From NCBI GenBank assembly GCA_965248435.1, contig OZ252100.1, positions 1,344,001-1,408,000 on the forward strand: 64,000 nt of DNA, given 5' to 3'. This document shows, in pieces, positions 1 to 10,320 of this stretch. How positions within the stretch are numbered: the stretch's first letter is position 1; each line of letters begins with the position of its first letter. Below the pieces are notes generated by a model, which saw only the letters and a list, made by a program, of their open reading frames with translations, was not told where the DNA came from and made no database searches. The stretch is from Candidatus Latescibacterota bacterium. GTDB taxonomy: Bacteria > Latescibacterota > UBA2968 > GCA-2709665. The translations under genes were made by a program, and so were the position numbers.

Positions 1-1177
1 GCGCCGCAATAATGCCAGCCAGGATGCCGATGATAGGACCCAAATATGGAATTACGTTCGATATGCCCGCAATCGTCCCGACGACAAGGAAATCTCGTAG
101 ACCGATGATTCTGAGTCCTACGATCGAAAGAAATGAGATCAGGACAACGGAAAGAACGAGCCCCCGGATATAGCCCCCGAGTTGTAAATCGATCCGGTAG
201 AGCAGGTTCAGCACCATTTCGAAATATCGGTTGGGGACAATCTCTATAAACGCCCGCTTGATAGCCCGACCTTCACTCAGCAGGAAAAAAACCACCAATG
301 GCACGATGATCACGAAGGTGAGGCCTGAAATCAGACCGCCCAGAAGGGCCGGCGTCTCTTTCAAGACCTCGGTCGCCGTCGACTGGACCTTCCTGTTGAT
401 CGACCCCGCAAGATCCATGCCCTTGAGCATGGGTACGGCGCTCTCCAGCCTGGGCTGGATCTCCTCCATCTGGGACTTGACTTGGTCCACGTAGCCAGGC
501 CTGACCTGCCCAAACTGGTGGGTCGAGCTGGATAGCCCGAATCGGGCAGATCCCAACACCAGCCTATAGTTGGGTTCCCACGCGGTTTGGGCCGTTTGCT
601 TCTGAAAATTGCCCGTCAAGTACAGGCGTATGGGTCCCACTTCCTCTTCGTTGAGCTTTCCAAAGAGGTCCACGCGGCCAAACCAAGGAGCGGAACTCTT
701 GGGCGTAAACTCAACGAGGAGTGTATCTTGGACACCAGGAGGGATCTCTTTGTCTGGTGGAGAAACGACGACGAATTGCGGATCGCTGCTCTCGACAGAC
801 ACCCGATCGAATTTAATCGGAGCACTGTTCCGGTTCAGGATGACACAGGACCAGGTCGATGTTTCCCCAACAATCCGGTCCTTCATGTCGTCAAGTCCCT
901 TGAGCAGAATTGGAACCACCAGAATGAACAAGGCCACAAATGTCGCAAGCGTGGAGGCGTATATGACCAGGACCCCAATCATTCGATTCAGTCCTCTGGC
1001 CTCCATACGGTCAACCAATGGCATCAATACATAGGAAAGGATGAACGCGACCGCGAATGGGAACAGGGTTCCCCGGATCGTATACAGCAACCACCCAGCG
1101 ACGGCCAGAAAGATCAGCAAAAGCACCATCCTGAGGATTTGTGCCACGCTCATTCCGGTTCGTCTCTCGTCCATCAT
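1..1177 (-). CDS. AI-2E (PerM/TqsA) family transporter, 3' end beyond window edge, with an inserted extracytoplasmic domain
   Basis: Manually translated (absent from ORF track because there is no stop in the window): MDERRTG...LFPFAVAFILSYVLMPLVDRMEARG...LGGYIRGLVL...AGISNVIPYLGPIIG, typical AI-2E motifs; ATGA overlap with the upstream stop. Confidence 0.85.
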   Translation of the reverse strand, partial: MMDERRTGMSVAQILRMVLLLIFLAVAGWLLYTIRGTLFPFAVAFILSYVLMPLVDRMEARGLNRMIGVLVIYASTLATFVALFILVVPILLKGLDDMKDRIVGETSTWSCVILNRNSAPIKFDRVSVESSDPQFVVVSPPDKEIPPGVQDTLLVEFTPKSSAPWFGRVDLFGKLNEEEVGPIRLYLTGNFQKQTAQTAWEPNYRLVLGSARFGLSSSTHQFGQVRPGYVDQVKSQMEEIQPRLESAVPMLKGMDLAGSINRKVQSTATEVLKETPALLGGLISGLTFVIIVPLVVFFLLSEGRAIKRAFIEIVPNRYFEMVLNLLYRIDLQLGGYIRGLVLSVVLISFLSIVGLRIIGLRDFLVVGTIAGISNVIPYLGPIIGILAGIIAA

Positions 1178-1719
1178 TCACCCCCCGATTCGTCCTGGGA
1201 CGTCTCTTCCGCCTCTTGCCTTGCGAACGCCAGCTTCTCACGTGACTCTTTCAATGCACGATTTGTCCGGCGCAGCCTTTCTGCGGCGATCTGAGAAACG
1301 TTCATCAAGATCTTTACGCCCAACTTGGGTCTCTGCTCGGCCAGGGAGAGAAAATCTGAACGACGGAGCACCCCGAGTTCGGTCTCCTCAGTCGCGGCGG
1401 CGGTAGCCGATTGAGGTGTGTCGTCCAAAAGAGCAAGCTCTCCGAAACAGCTTCCCGAGTTCACCCGACTCAATTCAGTCCGTTTCCCGTCGTCGTTCTC
1501 CTGGACGACCTCAACTTCCCCCGAAAGAACGATGTACATAGCAACGCCCGGCCGTTCCTGCTCAAAAATGGCTTCACCTGAGCCGAATGTTCGCCGTTCG
1601 ATAATTCGCTCCACCTCTCGCATCTCACTTCTGCTGAATCCGTTGAAAAACGGAATTCGGGATAACAATGATAGAGCCTGATCCCGGCCGAGCAACCGCA
1701 TCACCAAGTTCGGAAACAC
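1174..1719 (-). CDS. Cyclic-nucleotide-binding domain protein (no HTH)
   Basis: IFEQ..PG..MYIVLSGEVEV and FGELALLD..P.SAT are cNMP-domain motifs. Confidence 0.85.
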   Translation of the reverse strand: MFPNLVMRLLGRDQALSLLSRIPFFNGFSRSEMREVERIIERRTFGSGEAIFEQERPGVAMYIVLSGEVEVVQENDDGKRTELSRVNSGSCFGELALLDDTPQSATAAATEETELGVLRRSDFLSLAEQRPKLGVKILMNVSQIAAERLRRTNRALKESREKLAFARQEAEETSQDESGGE

Positions 1720-1721
1720 TG

Positions 1722-2528
1722 TCAGCTCACCCCCTCTTGGGTCTTCCCCGTACGGTAGGGAGATTCCATGGATTCTGCCGCCAACATCCGGTCCAGAAAC
1801 TCAAAACTTTTGGCCCTATAACCGCCCTCAACGTAGTAGGTCAAGAATGTCCTGAGTGCACGGCGTACCTTGGGATGTTCAACTGCATTGAACTTACTCG
1901 TGTCTATCTCCTCAGGCCGACACCGTTCAAGATTCTGAAGAAAGTCGATCGTAGATCGCTTGAGTTTCAGTTCCCCTGTGGCGCACTTGGCACATACTGT
2001 CCCTCCCTGCTCAGGACTGAAGCAGACCAGATTGCCGGGAAGAGCGCCACCGCATTTCACGCAATCGCTCAGGTGGATCCTGTAACCGAGTGAGGCGACT
2101 GCCTTGAGCTGAAAGGCCCAGAGGGGAAGTTCAACGGCCGAGAGGAGGACGGTCTCCAACCACAAAAGACAGACAACCGCTGAGTTCAGAAGCGTAGGGT
2201 TTCTGTCTTCGTCCGTCGTCGCACCGTTGAGCAGATCGCAAATAACGCTCGCATAAACCAGTCGGCGATACTCGGCCTTGATCCCCGAAAAGGGATTGAG
2301 AATGTCCGCCTCGACCAGCGACTGGAGCTCCCGGCCCTCTCGTCTGAAATAGTCGTAAACGCCCCAGGTAATCGGCTCTAGACTGGCACCAAACTTACTC
2401 TTTGGACGTCGAGCGCCCTTTGCTGCAAATTTAAGCTTCCCTCCCTCCTTCGTGAAAACAACCACAACCTTGCTGCTTCCACTCATCCTGTAGGAACGGA
2501 GGACGAGTCCCTCGGCCCTGCAGATCAT
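1722..2528 (-). CDS. recO: DNA repair protein RecO
   Basis: OB-fold start EGLVLR..., AKGARRPKSKFGASLEP, C4 zinc finger CVKCG...CAKC. Confidence 0.93.
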   Translation of the reverse strand: MICRAEGLVLRSYRMSGSSKVVVVFTKEGGKLKFAAKGARRPKSKFGASLEPITWGVYDYFRREGRELQSLVEADILNPFSGIKAEYRRLVYASVICDLLNGATTDEDRNPTLLNSAVVCLLWLETVLLSAVELPLWAFQLKAVASLGYRIHLSDCVKCGGALPGNLVCFSPEQGGTVCAKCATGELKLKRSTIDFLQNLERCRPEEIDTSKFNAVEHPKVRRALRTFLTYYVEGGYRAKSFEFLDRMLAAESMESPYRTGKTQEGVS

Positions 2529-2866
2529 GGGGCGCTTTCTTGCACGGGTGGATGGGGATACACCATGTAGACGGTTTCATTCTCCTTTACCATCCCGTAG
2601 CGTTCTCGAGCAATGCGTTCGATCGTCTTCAAATCTGATTCCAGAGCGACAGCCTCTTTTTCCAACCGCAGATTGACACCCTTAACCTGTTCTATTTCCT
2701 GAGCCAGCGTCACGATCTGCCGGTCACGATGCCACACATTAAACAGTCCATTGTCGCCGAGGAAGGTCAAATACGAAAAAAGCAAGATGGGCAAAAGCAG
2801 CAGAATCCGCCGTGCCCTCTTCCTTGGACCTGAGGGGCGTTCATAGTTGCCTCTATAGAATCTCAC
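2525..2866 (-). CDS. ftsB: Septum formation initiator FtsB/DivIC family
   Basis: Single TM, GDNGL, coiled coil, IERIARERYGMVKENE. Confidence 0.85.
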   Translation of the reverse strand: MRFYRGNYERPSGPRKRARRILLLLPILLFSYLTFLGDNGLFNVWHRDRQIVTLAQEIEQVKGVNLRLEKEAVALESDLKTIERIARERYGMVKENETVYMVYPHPPVQESAP

Positions 2867-2890
2867 AAGCTTGGCTCCACGGCGCTCAGC

Positions 2891-3271
2891 CTAGGCTCGC
2901 CGATTGGTCTCCTCGGGACGAAAGACGGGTTTGCCGACCTCAACCCAGTCGCCACCTTCGTTTCGCCGGAAAAAGCACGTTCTAAATCCGGTATGGCAAG
3001 CCCCGCCTTTCTGGAGGACTTTGAAGAGGAGTGTGTCTCCATCACAATCGATGCGGAACTCCACAACCTGCTGCGTGTTTCCGGAGGTCTCTCCTTTGAC
3101 CCAGATCTGCTGCCGACTTCGTGACCAATAGGTCATTTTACCCGTCTCCAGGGTGAGACGAAGGCTTTCGGCATTCATGTAGGCCTGCATCAAGACCTCG
3201 CCGTTTTCAGCGTCCTGTGTAATGGCCGGTACGAGCCCCTGCTCGTCGAATTTTATCTGCGTTAGATCCAT
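2891..3271 (-). CDS. hisI: Phosphoribosyl-AMP cyclohydrolase
   Basis: [35 protein letters not shown]; start reassigned to MDLTQ (ATG 3271). Confidence 0.95.
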   Translation of the reverse strand: MDLTQIKFDEQGLVPAITQDAENGEVLMQAYMNAESLRLTLETGKMTYWSRSRQQIWVKGETSGNTQQVVEFRIDCDGDTLLFKVLQKGGACHTGFRTCFFRRNEGGDWVEVGKPVFRPEETNRRA

Positions 3272-3275
3272 CGCC

Positions 3276-4424
3276 CTACACGTCCGTATCAGAAACCACC
3301 ATGTCATCCCGGTGGATGACCTCGTCTCCCGACCCGACCGCCAAGATCGAGGCGACCTCGGAAGTCTGCTTCCCCAGGATTTTTCGAATCTCCGCCGATC
3401 CATAGCGTGCCAGGCCGCGCGCAACCTCCTTGTGCGCAGGGTCCTCCACACCAATCAATTCTCCGGCGTCAAACTCCCCCACGACCTCCAGGACGCCGGA
3501 AGGGAGCAGGCTCTTTCCACGTTTCCAGATCGCCTCCACGGCGCCGTCATCGACGACAACCGATCCCTTTCTGTTCAGACCGGCGAGCCAAAGCTTCCGG
3601 CTGCGCATCCGCCCCTTCCCTGCAAGAAACAGGGTGCCCACCTCTTTACCCGACAGGAGATCGGTGATCCGAGTCGTCAATCCGTTCGCGATCACCATCA
3701 TACGGCCGCCGAGTGTGACGCTTTCTGCCGCTTGAAGTTTCGTCCGCATCCCCCCCAGGCCCAGGTCGCTCCGTCCCTCCCCGGCACGTTCGATCATCTC
3801 GCTGGTGACCTCATCCACGACCGGGAAGAACTCAGCATCGCGATTCTGGTTCGGATCGTCAGAAAACAACCCATCTACGTTCGTAAAAACCACCAGAAGA
3901 TTAGCGTCGATCAGATGCGCGACCAGAGCAGAGAGCCGATCGTTGTCCCCTACTCTGATCTCCTCGATCGCGACGCTGTCGTTCTCATTCACGATGGGGA
4001 CTGCCCCCAGCCGAAACAGCTCCTCGAGTGTATTACGTACGTTCACGTATCTTTGACGGTCGTCCAGGTCGTCCGCGGTAAGCAGAACCTGCCCGATCGC
4101 TACCCCGTGATCTCGAAAGGCCTGTTTGTAGGCGTTCATCAGCAACCCTTGACCGACGGCCGCCGTCGCCTGAAGTTCGGGTATCCTGGACGGCCGCGCC
4201 TTCAGTCCCAGGCGGCCCATTCCTGCACCCACAGCCCCGGATGACACGATTGCGACCTGCACGCCAGAAGACTTGAGTTCTGCCACGTCTACCGCCAGTT
4301 TCTGAATCGCTGTATGATTCAGTTCGTTCTGATGAACAGTCACAACACGCGTGCCCAGCTTGACGACAACGCGTTTTATATCCTTGAAAAGCTCAGTTCT
4401 TGGCGTGGAGACCATTCTGCTCAC
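3276..4424 (-). CDS. proB: Glutamate 5-kinase with PUA domain
   Basis: [39 protein letters not shown]; C-terminal PUA (GKSLLPSG). Confidence 0.96.
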   Translation of the reverse strand: MSRMVSTPRTELFKDIKRVVVKLGTRVVTVHQNELNHTAIQKLAVDVAELKSSGVQVAIVSSGAVGAGMGRLGLKARPSRIPELQATAAVGQGLLMNAYKQAFRDHGVAIGQVLLTADDLDDRQRYVNVRNTLEELFRLGAVPIVNENDSVAIEEIRVGDNDRLSALVAHLIDANLLVVFTNVDGLFSDDPNQNRDAEFFPVVDEVTSEMIERAGEGRSDLGLGGMRTKLQAAESVTLGGRMMVIANGLTTRITDLLSGKEVGTLFLAGKGRMRSRKLWLAGLNRKGSVVVDDGAVEAIWKRGKSLLPSGVLEVVGEFDAGELIGVEDPAHKEVARGLARYGSAEIRKILGKQTSEVASILAVGSGDEVIHRDDMVVSDTDV

Positions 4425-4431
4425 AGACCTT

Positions 4432-5448
4432 CTATAAATGGCGATTTTCGAGTTTGAGGTAGCCCTGGAGTTCTTTCATCAATCCCTCGAACTGTTCGGG
4501 CAGCAGCGATTGCGCCCCGTCGGAAAAGGCCTCCTCGGGGTTTGGATGGACCTCCAATAGCAATCCGTCTGCGCCGGCGGCCACTGCCGCCTTGGACATG
4601 GCTGGAACCAGGTCCCGTACGCCGGTGCCGTGGCTGGGATCCGCGATGACTGGAAGGTGGCTTTGGCTGTGGACAGCAGGAATCGCAGAAAGGTCGAACG
4701 TATTCCGCGTATACGTCTCGAAAGTCCGGATGCCCCGTTCGCAGAGAATCACGCGCATGTTTCCCTCCGAGAAGACGTACTCGGCCGACATCAACCACTC
4801 TTCGATCGTCGTGGACATTCCTCTTTTGAGAATCACCGGCGTTTCCGTCCGTCCCACTTCCTTCAGAAGAGAAAAGTTCTGAATGTTGCGTGCGCCGATC
4901 TGGAGTGCGTCCGCGTAGTTCAGGACCAGTTCGATGTCTCTGGGATTCATGACCTCGGTCACGATTCCCAGTCCGGTTTCTGCCCGAGCTTCTGCCAACA
5001 GTTTCAGCCCCTCTTCGGCCATTCCTTGAAAGCTGTAGGGAGACGTTCGCGGCTTGAAGGCACCTCCTCTCAACAACTGCGCCCCGCCCTTCTTCACGGC
5101 CTTTGCTGTCGCAAGAATCTGGTCCCGGCTTTCCACGGAACAGGGACCAGCGATCACGCCGAACTGACCTCCCCCAAAGGCCACGCCCGCGACCTCCACC
5201 ACGGTTCGTTCAGGATGGACCTCCGAGCCCACCAGCTTGTAGGACTGCAGTATCGGAGTCACCTTCTCAACACCTGGCGCCGATCCCAGCGTCTCGAGCT
5301 GATACTTCCCTCGCTCATCTCCTACTGCGGCAACGACGGTTCGCTCCACTCCGTAGATCGGATGCGGCTCGAAGCCCAGCGCCTCGACCCGCTCGATCAC
5401 GTGTTCGACCTCCGTCGAAGAAGCGCCCTTCTTCATCGTAATGATCAT
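4432..5448 (-). CDS. aroF: DAHP synthase, type I-beta with N-terminal regulatory domain
   Basis: [44 protein letters not shown]. Confidence 0.95.
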   Translation of the reverse strand: MIITMKKGASSTEVEHVIERVEALGFEPHPIYGVERTVVAAVGDERGKYQLETLGSAPGVEKVTPILQSYKLVGSEVHPERTVVEVAGVAFGGGQFGVIAGPCSVESRDQILATAKAVKKGGAQLLRGGAFKPRTSPYSFQGMAEEGLKLLAEARAETGLGIVTEVMNPRDIELVLNYADALQIGARNIQNFSLLKEVGRTETPVILKRGMSTTIEEWLMSAEYVFSEGNMRVILCERGIRTFETYTRNTFDLSAIPAVHSQSHLPVIADPSHGTGVRDLVPAMSKAAVAAGADGLLLEVHPNPEEAFSDGAQSLLPEQFEGLMKELQGYLKLENRHL

Positions 5449-6248
5449 CCGGGACCTCCCGCGTCCAAAACCACCTTCGTGCGAACCAGAACGCCTCGGT
5501 CAGCGAGATAGCGCTTTACATCCGGAATCGAATACTGTCGGAAATGAAAAATGGAAGCTGCCAGTGCGGCGCTCGCCTTTCCCTGATCGAGAACATCGAC
5601 CATGTGCTCCGGACCACCGCATCCCCCAGAGGCCACAATCGGTACGTCCACCCGCTCGGCTACGGTTCGAGTCAGCTCGACATCGTAGCCATCCTTGGTC
5701 CCGTCCGCATCGATGCTGTTCAATACCAGCTCTCCCGCACCTAGATCCACGAGCTCCTCCGCCCATTCCAGCACGTCACGCCCGGTTGGCGTGCGCCCGC
5801 CGTTGATCACGACCTCCCACTTGACTTGCCCCTCTTCGCCCCCACCCCGCCGAATCGCGTCCAGAGAGCCGACGATGGCCTGAGAACCAAAGAAGTCGGA
5901 TCCCTGCGTGATGATCTCGGGGTTCTCGACCGCAGCGGAATTCAACGAGGCCTTTTCGGCTCCACCCTCGATAATCGTCCGGATGTCCTCCAGGGTTCGC
6001 ACGCCTCCCCCGACGGTAAACGGGATAAACACTTCCTCCGAGACGCGTCGAACCAGCTCCCCGACGATGTCTCGCTTCTCTGCGGAGGCCGTGATGTCGT
6101 AGAAGACCAGCTCGTCCGCGCCCTCGGCGTCGTAGCGGCGGGCAAGTTCGACCGGATCACCTGCATCCTTGTCTGCAGAAAACTTCACACCCCGAACGTT
6201 ACGTCCGTTCTTAACGTCAAGGCAGGGAATGACCCGCTTGGCCAGCAT
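5445..6248 (-). CDS. hisF: Imidazole glycerol phosphate synthase cyclase subunit
   Basis: [51 protein letters not shown]. Confidence 0.97.
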   Translation of the reverse strand: MLAKRVIPCLDVKNGRNVRGVKFSADKDAGDPVELARRYDAEGADELVFYDITASAEKRDIVGELVRRVSEEVFIPFTVGGGVRTLEDIRTIIEGGAEKASLNSAAVENPEIITQGSDFFGSQAIVGSLDAIRRGGGEEGQVKWEVVINGGRTPTGRDVLEWAEELVDLGAGELVLNSIDADGTKDGYDVELTRTVAERVDVPIVASGGCGGPEHMVDVLDQGKASAALAASIFHFRQYSIPDVKRYLADRGVLVRTKVVLDAGGPG

Positions 6249-6267
6249 CAGAATATATCCTGACGAA

Positions 6268-6870
6268 TCACGACAACTCAGCGAAATTCTTCAAAAGCCG
6301 GAGGCCCAGGTCCTGGCTCTTCTCCGGGTGAAACTGGATACCGTAGGCGTTGTCCCTGGCCGCGATAGAGGCATAGTCCTTGGTGTAATCGGTCGTCGAA
6401 ACAACATCTCCCTCGATCTCGGGATCCACATAATAGGAATGCACAAAGTAGAAGAACGACTCGGAGGGTATTCCCTCCAGGATCGGACTCTGCTTCCGGA
6501 TGTGGATCTGATTCCATCCGATCTGTGGGACCCGCTCACCCTCGGGAAACCTGCGTACCTTGCCGGGCAGAACATCAAAACCAAGGTGCCTTCCCATCTC
6601 CTCGCTTTCGGAAAAAAGGAGCTGTAGACCCAAACAGATCCCCAGGAACGGGCGCCCTGCGGAAATCGATTTCAATATCGGATCGATCAATCCTCTACGT
6701 TCCAGGTTGGCCATCGCATCACCAAACGCCCCGACTCCCGGCAAGACGATCCGCTCCGCATCGGATACAGAGCTGGGATCGTCCGTGACGGTCGCAGCGT
6801 GTCCGACCCGTTCGAAGGCCTTCTGCACACTCCGAAGGTTTCCCATGCCGTAGTCAACGATTACGATCAC
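6268..6870 (-). CDS. hisH: Imidazole glycerol phosphate synthase glutaminase subunit
   Basis: DYGMGNL.SV, LPGVG, GICLG, YFVHSY, QFHPEKS. Confidence 0.97.
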   Translation of the reverse strand: MIVIVDYGMGNLRSVQKAFERVGHAATVTDDPSSVSDAERIVLPGVGAFGDAMANLERRGLIDPILKSISAGRPFLGICLGLQLLFSESEEMGRHLGFDVLPGKVRRFPEGERVPQIGWNQIHIRKQSPILEGIPSESFFYFVHSYYVDPEIEGDVVSTTDYTKDYASIAARDNAYGIQFHPEKSQDLGLRLLKNFAELS

Positions 6871-6871
6871 C

Positions 6872-7708
6872 TCAAGCCCCTAACTCCTTCGAACGCCGCG
6901 TGGCTGCCTCAACAGCTTCGATTACCGCCGATCGGAACCCACCTTGTCCCATCGCCTGAAGCCCCGCGAGTGTCGTGCCCCCTGGAGAAGTCACCCGATC
7001 CCTCAACTCGATCGGGTCTTTGCCGCTTTCCAAAACCATCTTCGCAGACCCGAACACGGTCTGAATCGCGAGCTTCAGGGCGATCTCTTGCGTCAACCCC
7101 GCCTTGACGCCCCCTTCCGCCAGGGCGTCGATCATCTCGTAGACATAAGCCGGACCGCTCCCGGATAGCCCCGTTACCGCGTCCATCTGCTCCTCTCTCA
7201 CCTCCACCGTCTCTCCAACAGACCCGATGACTTCCCGAGCCACACACAGATGTTCTTCCGTCGCGTTTCGGCCCCGGCAGAGCGCCGAGATCGCAGCCCG
7301 AACCTGTGCCAAGATATTCGGCATGACCCGGATCACGGGGACCTTCGCCGTGAACGCACCTTCGATCGCCGATGTGTGCACGCCGGCCATGATGGAGATA
7401 ACGAGCTGCGTGGGCGCCAACAGGGCACTGAACGCCTCTACGACCGACTGCCAGACCTGGGGCTTCACCGCGAGCACAATCACATCGTGGCCGCCCACCA
7501 CCGTCCCCGCCTCCCCGCTGGAATTTATCCCGAATTCCGTTTTGAGCCGCTGCACCAGATCCTCGACGACATCTACTGCCGTGATCCGATCCGGCGGCAG
7601 CAGTCCAGATTGAACCATTCCGGCGACAAGCGCAGATCCCATGTTCCCCGCGCCGATGACGGCAACACCTGTCATCTGATTCGTCTCACCAGCCATAACA
7701 CGATCCAC
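6872..7708 (-). CDS. proC: Pyrroline-5-carboxylate reductase
   Basis: IGAGNMG, LAVKPQ, RVMPN, TGLSGSGPAY, VTSPGGTT. Confidence 0.96.
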   Translation of the reverse strand: MDRVMAGETNQMTGVAVIGAGNMGSALVAGMVQSGLLPPDRITAVDVVEDLVQRLKTEFGINSSGEAGTVVGGHDVIVLAVKPQVWQSVVEAFSALLAPTQLVISIMAGVHTSAIEGAFTAKVPVIRVMPNILAQVRAAISALCRGRNATEEHLCVAREVIGSVGETVEVREEQMDAVTGLSGSGPAYVYEMIDALAEGGVKAGLTQEIALKLAIQTVFGSAKMVLESGKDPIELRDRVTSPGGTTLAGLQAMGQGGFRSAVIEAVEAATRRSKELGA

Positions 7709-7721
7709 TGCACACCACCGC

Positions 7722-8642
7722 TCATACTGGGGTCAGCCATCCGTGTCGGTCCTCCGCCTCTCCGGTGGTGATTGCAAAGAAGGCCTCCTGAAGCGCCTTT
7801 GTGACCGGTCCGCGCTGGCCATCCCCGATCTCGATCTGGTCGATTTTGGCGATAGGCGAAACTTCGGCAGCACTGCCAGTGAAAAACACCTCATCGGCGA
7901 TATACAGAGACTCCCGGGGGATCGGCCGCTGCGTGACCTCATAACCGAGCTCGCGTGCGAGCACGATAACGGAATGCCGGGTAATCCCAGGAAGGATAGA
8001 AGAGCCGGTATCCGGCGTGTAGATCTTGCCGTTCCGTACCATGAAGATATTCTCCCCACCCCCCTCACTCACATAACCCTGAGTATCCAGGGCGATCCCC
8101 TCAACGTATCCGTCGCTCTTCGCCTCCATTTTGATCAACTGAAAATTCATGTAGTTTGAGCCGGCCTTCGCTAAAGCCGGCATGGTATTGGGCGCCAGCC
8201 TGCTCCAGGATGAAAAACGGACCGAAACCCCCTTTTCCAGCGCTTCAGCTCCCAGGTATGCCCCCCATTTCCAGACCGCGATCACGACATCTACCGGGCA
8301 GGCTGTGGGGTCTACGCCCAACTCCCCGTATCCACGGAAGGCAATCGGACGTACGTAGCACGCCTCCAGTTTATTGACCCGGATCGTCTCCAGGCAGGCC
8401 TCAAAGATTTGCTCCTGGCTGTAGGGAATCGGCATCCGATAGATCTTGGCCGAATCGAACAACCGACGAATATGGTCTCCCAGACGAAAGCAGGCGGGGC
8501 CCTGTTTCGTGTCGTAGCACCTCAGCCCTTCAAAAACACTCGACCCGTAGTGTACCACGTGTGAGAGCACGTGGATTTTCGCGTCCGCCCAGTCGACCAT
8601 CTCATTATTGCACCAAATCTTTTCACTCTTCGGAATAGGCAT
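7722..8642 (-). CDS. ilvE: Branched-chain amino acid aminotransferase
   Basis: [14 protein letters not shown] (PLP lysine), [22 protein letters not shown]. Confidence 0.95.
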   Translation of the reverse strand: MPIPKSEKIWCNNEMVDWADAKIHVLSHVVHYGSSVFEGLRCYDTKQGPACFRLGDHIRRLFDSAKIYRMPIPYSQEQIFEACLETIRVNKLEACYVRPIAFRGYGELGVDPTACPVDVVIAVWKWGAYLGAEALEKGVSVRFSSWSRLAPNTMPALAKAGSNYMNFQLIKMEAKSDGYVEGIALDTQGYVSEGGGENIFMVRNGKIYTPDTGSSILPGITRHSVIVLARELGYEVTQRPIPRESLYIADEVFFTGSAAEVSPIAKIDQIEIGDGQRGPVTKALQEAFFAITTGEAEDRHGWLTPV

Positions 8643-8682
8643 AGGCTGTCCTCACTCACGAAACGAGTTGAAACCCTTCGTG

Positions 8683-9546
8683 TCAGGCCTCAACGGCCGT
8701 TCCATCTTGGCGATGTTTCAAGCAGAGAAGCTTTTGACAAATCCGTTCGTAATGCTCGACAGAAACCGATTCGGGACGAGCTCGTGGATCTACGTCGGCT
8801 TCCAGGAGCAGATTGTTCAGCACCTCCGCGTCTCCCCCCACAAGGTTTACGATCGTATTTTTCAGCATCTTCCTGCGTTGGTTGAACCCCATTCGCACGA
8901 CCTTGAAAAAGAGCGACTCATCCGTCAACCGGATCGGCGGCTCCTGTTGGAATTCGAGGCTCACGACTGACGAATGGACTTTAGGAGACGGGTCGAACGA
9001 TTCTGGAGCCAGGTCGAAAAGCCGCTCGGGGCGCGTCCTGATCTGGACCGCGATCGACAGAATGCCGTAGTCCTTCACGTTGGGGGGTGACACGATCCTT
9101 TTCGCGACCTCTCGCTGTAGCATCACGATCGCACGTTTCAATACCTGTCTCGAGTCGAGGATCTTTTCAACAACCGTGCCTGTGATGTTGTAGGGCAGGT
9201 TGCCCACGAGAACGGCGCGATCAAACCCCTGGGCGTGAATCAACTCAGAGAAATCCACGTCTAATATATCACGGTTGATGACAAGCAAATTTTCCGAGGC
9301 AGCGAACCTTCGCTGCAGCACTTCGCAGAGCCCGTCGTCCAGCTCGATTCCAACCACGAACGAAGCCTGCTCCAGGAGCAAACCTGTCAGCGCGCCTCGC
9401 CCGGGCCCGATCTCCAGGACCAGATCTGTCGGATGAATTCCTGCCGAGGCTACGATGCGTACCGCAGCCGAACTATCCTTCAGAAAGTGCTGCCCGAGGC
9501 GCTTCCTGGCCCTTGTTCTCCTGGTGCCGTTATCGATCGAGCGCAT
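8683..9546 (-). CDS. rsmA: 16S rRNA m6,2A dimethyltransferase (KsgA)
   Basis: KRLGQHFL, LEIGPGRG, GNLPYNI, MLQREVA, F.QRRKML. Confidence 0.96.
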   Translation of the reverse strand: MRSIDNGTRRTRARKRLGQHFLKDSSAAVRIVASAGIHPTDLVLEIGPGRGALTGLLLEQASFVVGIELDDGLCEVLQRRFAASENLLVINRDILDVDFSELIHAQGFDRAVLVGNLPYNITGTVVEKILDSRQVLKRAIVMLQREVAKRIVSPPNVKDYGILSIAVQIRTRPERLFDLAPESFDPSPKVHSSVVSLEFQQEPPIRLTDESLFFKVVRMGFNQRRKMLKNTIVNLVGGDAEVLNNLLLEADVDPRARPESVSVEHYERICQKLLCLKHRQDGTAVEA

Positions 9547-10312
9547 CGTCGGGTATTCCGTAAAGCCGAAGCGCGTTTTGCGTCGTCCGCCGAAATAAGT
9601 CCTCAGCCTGTTCGTGCATCTCTCCAGCTAGGAATTCGGCGATGGTGCGAACATACGCCGGCTCGTTCCGCTGTCCGCGGTAGGGTTGAGGGGCCAGGTA
9701 AGGAGCATCGGTCTCCAGGACCACACGATCGGAACTGACTTTCAATGCCAACGAAAGAGACGCTGACTTCCGATATGTGATCGAGCCCCCGAATCCGATA
9801 AAAAAGCCCAGATCGATACCCCTTTTCGCCTGGTCGAGATCGCCACCAAAGCAGTGCAGGACGCCTCCGACCTCACCCGCCCCCTCCTCTTCCAGGACAT
9901 CCATTACGCGATCCTCGGCCGCACGGCTGTGCACGACCATCGGGAGACCCGTATCTCGGGACAGTCTAATATGCCTGCGAAAACTATCTTCCTGCAAATC
10001 TCTGGGCGAATAGTCTCTGAAAAAGTCGAGCCCGGTCTCCCCGACGGCAACAACCTTCTCGTGAGAGAGGAGGGCCGGGAGTTCTCTGAATCCCTGTTCA
10101 TCCACTTTTTCCACATCGTGAGGATGAAACCCCGCCGTAGCGAAAACAGATGCGAACTGCTCCGCCAGGATCGCCGCCTCTCGGCTGACCGCCGCATCGG
10201 TGCCTATGTTCACGATCAGGGTGACGCCAGCCAGCCGCGCTCGCTCGATCGTCTCTTCTCTATCCTCTGAAAATTGAGGGAAATTCAGATGCGCGTGCGT
10301 GTCAACAAGCAT
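9530..10312 (-). CDS. tatD: TatD family nuclease
   Basis: DTHAH, GFHPH, GETGLD, HSR, HCF, ETDAPYL, RNEP. Confidence 0.95.
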   Translation of the reverse strand: MLVDTHAHLNFPQFSEDREETIERARLAGVTLIVNIGTDAAVSREAAILAEQFASVFATAGFHPHDVEKVDEQGFRELPALLSHEKVVAVGETGLDFFRDYSPRDLQEDSFRRHIRLSRDTGLPMVVHSRAAEDRVMDVLEEEGAGEVGGVLHCFGGDLDQAKRGIDLGFFIGFGGSITYRKSASLSLALKVSSDRVVLETDAPYLAPQPYRGQRNEPAYVRTIAEFLAGEMHEQAEDLFRRTTQNALRLYGIPDDALDR

Positions 10313-10320
10313 GTTTCCGC

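Noticed and set aside
231-1406. Plus-strand ORFs of 87-235 aa
   Set aside because: Antisense shadows of the AI-2E and cNMP genes with no recognisable motifs.
9530-10312. tatD as part of a Tat system with the Lnt-TatC fusion
   Set aside because: TatD is a nuclease unrelated to export, and here it sits in its common metG-tatD-rsmA context.
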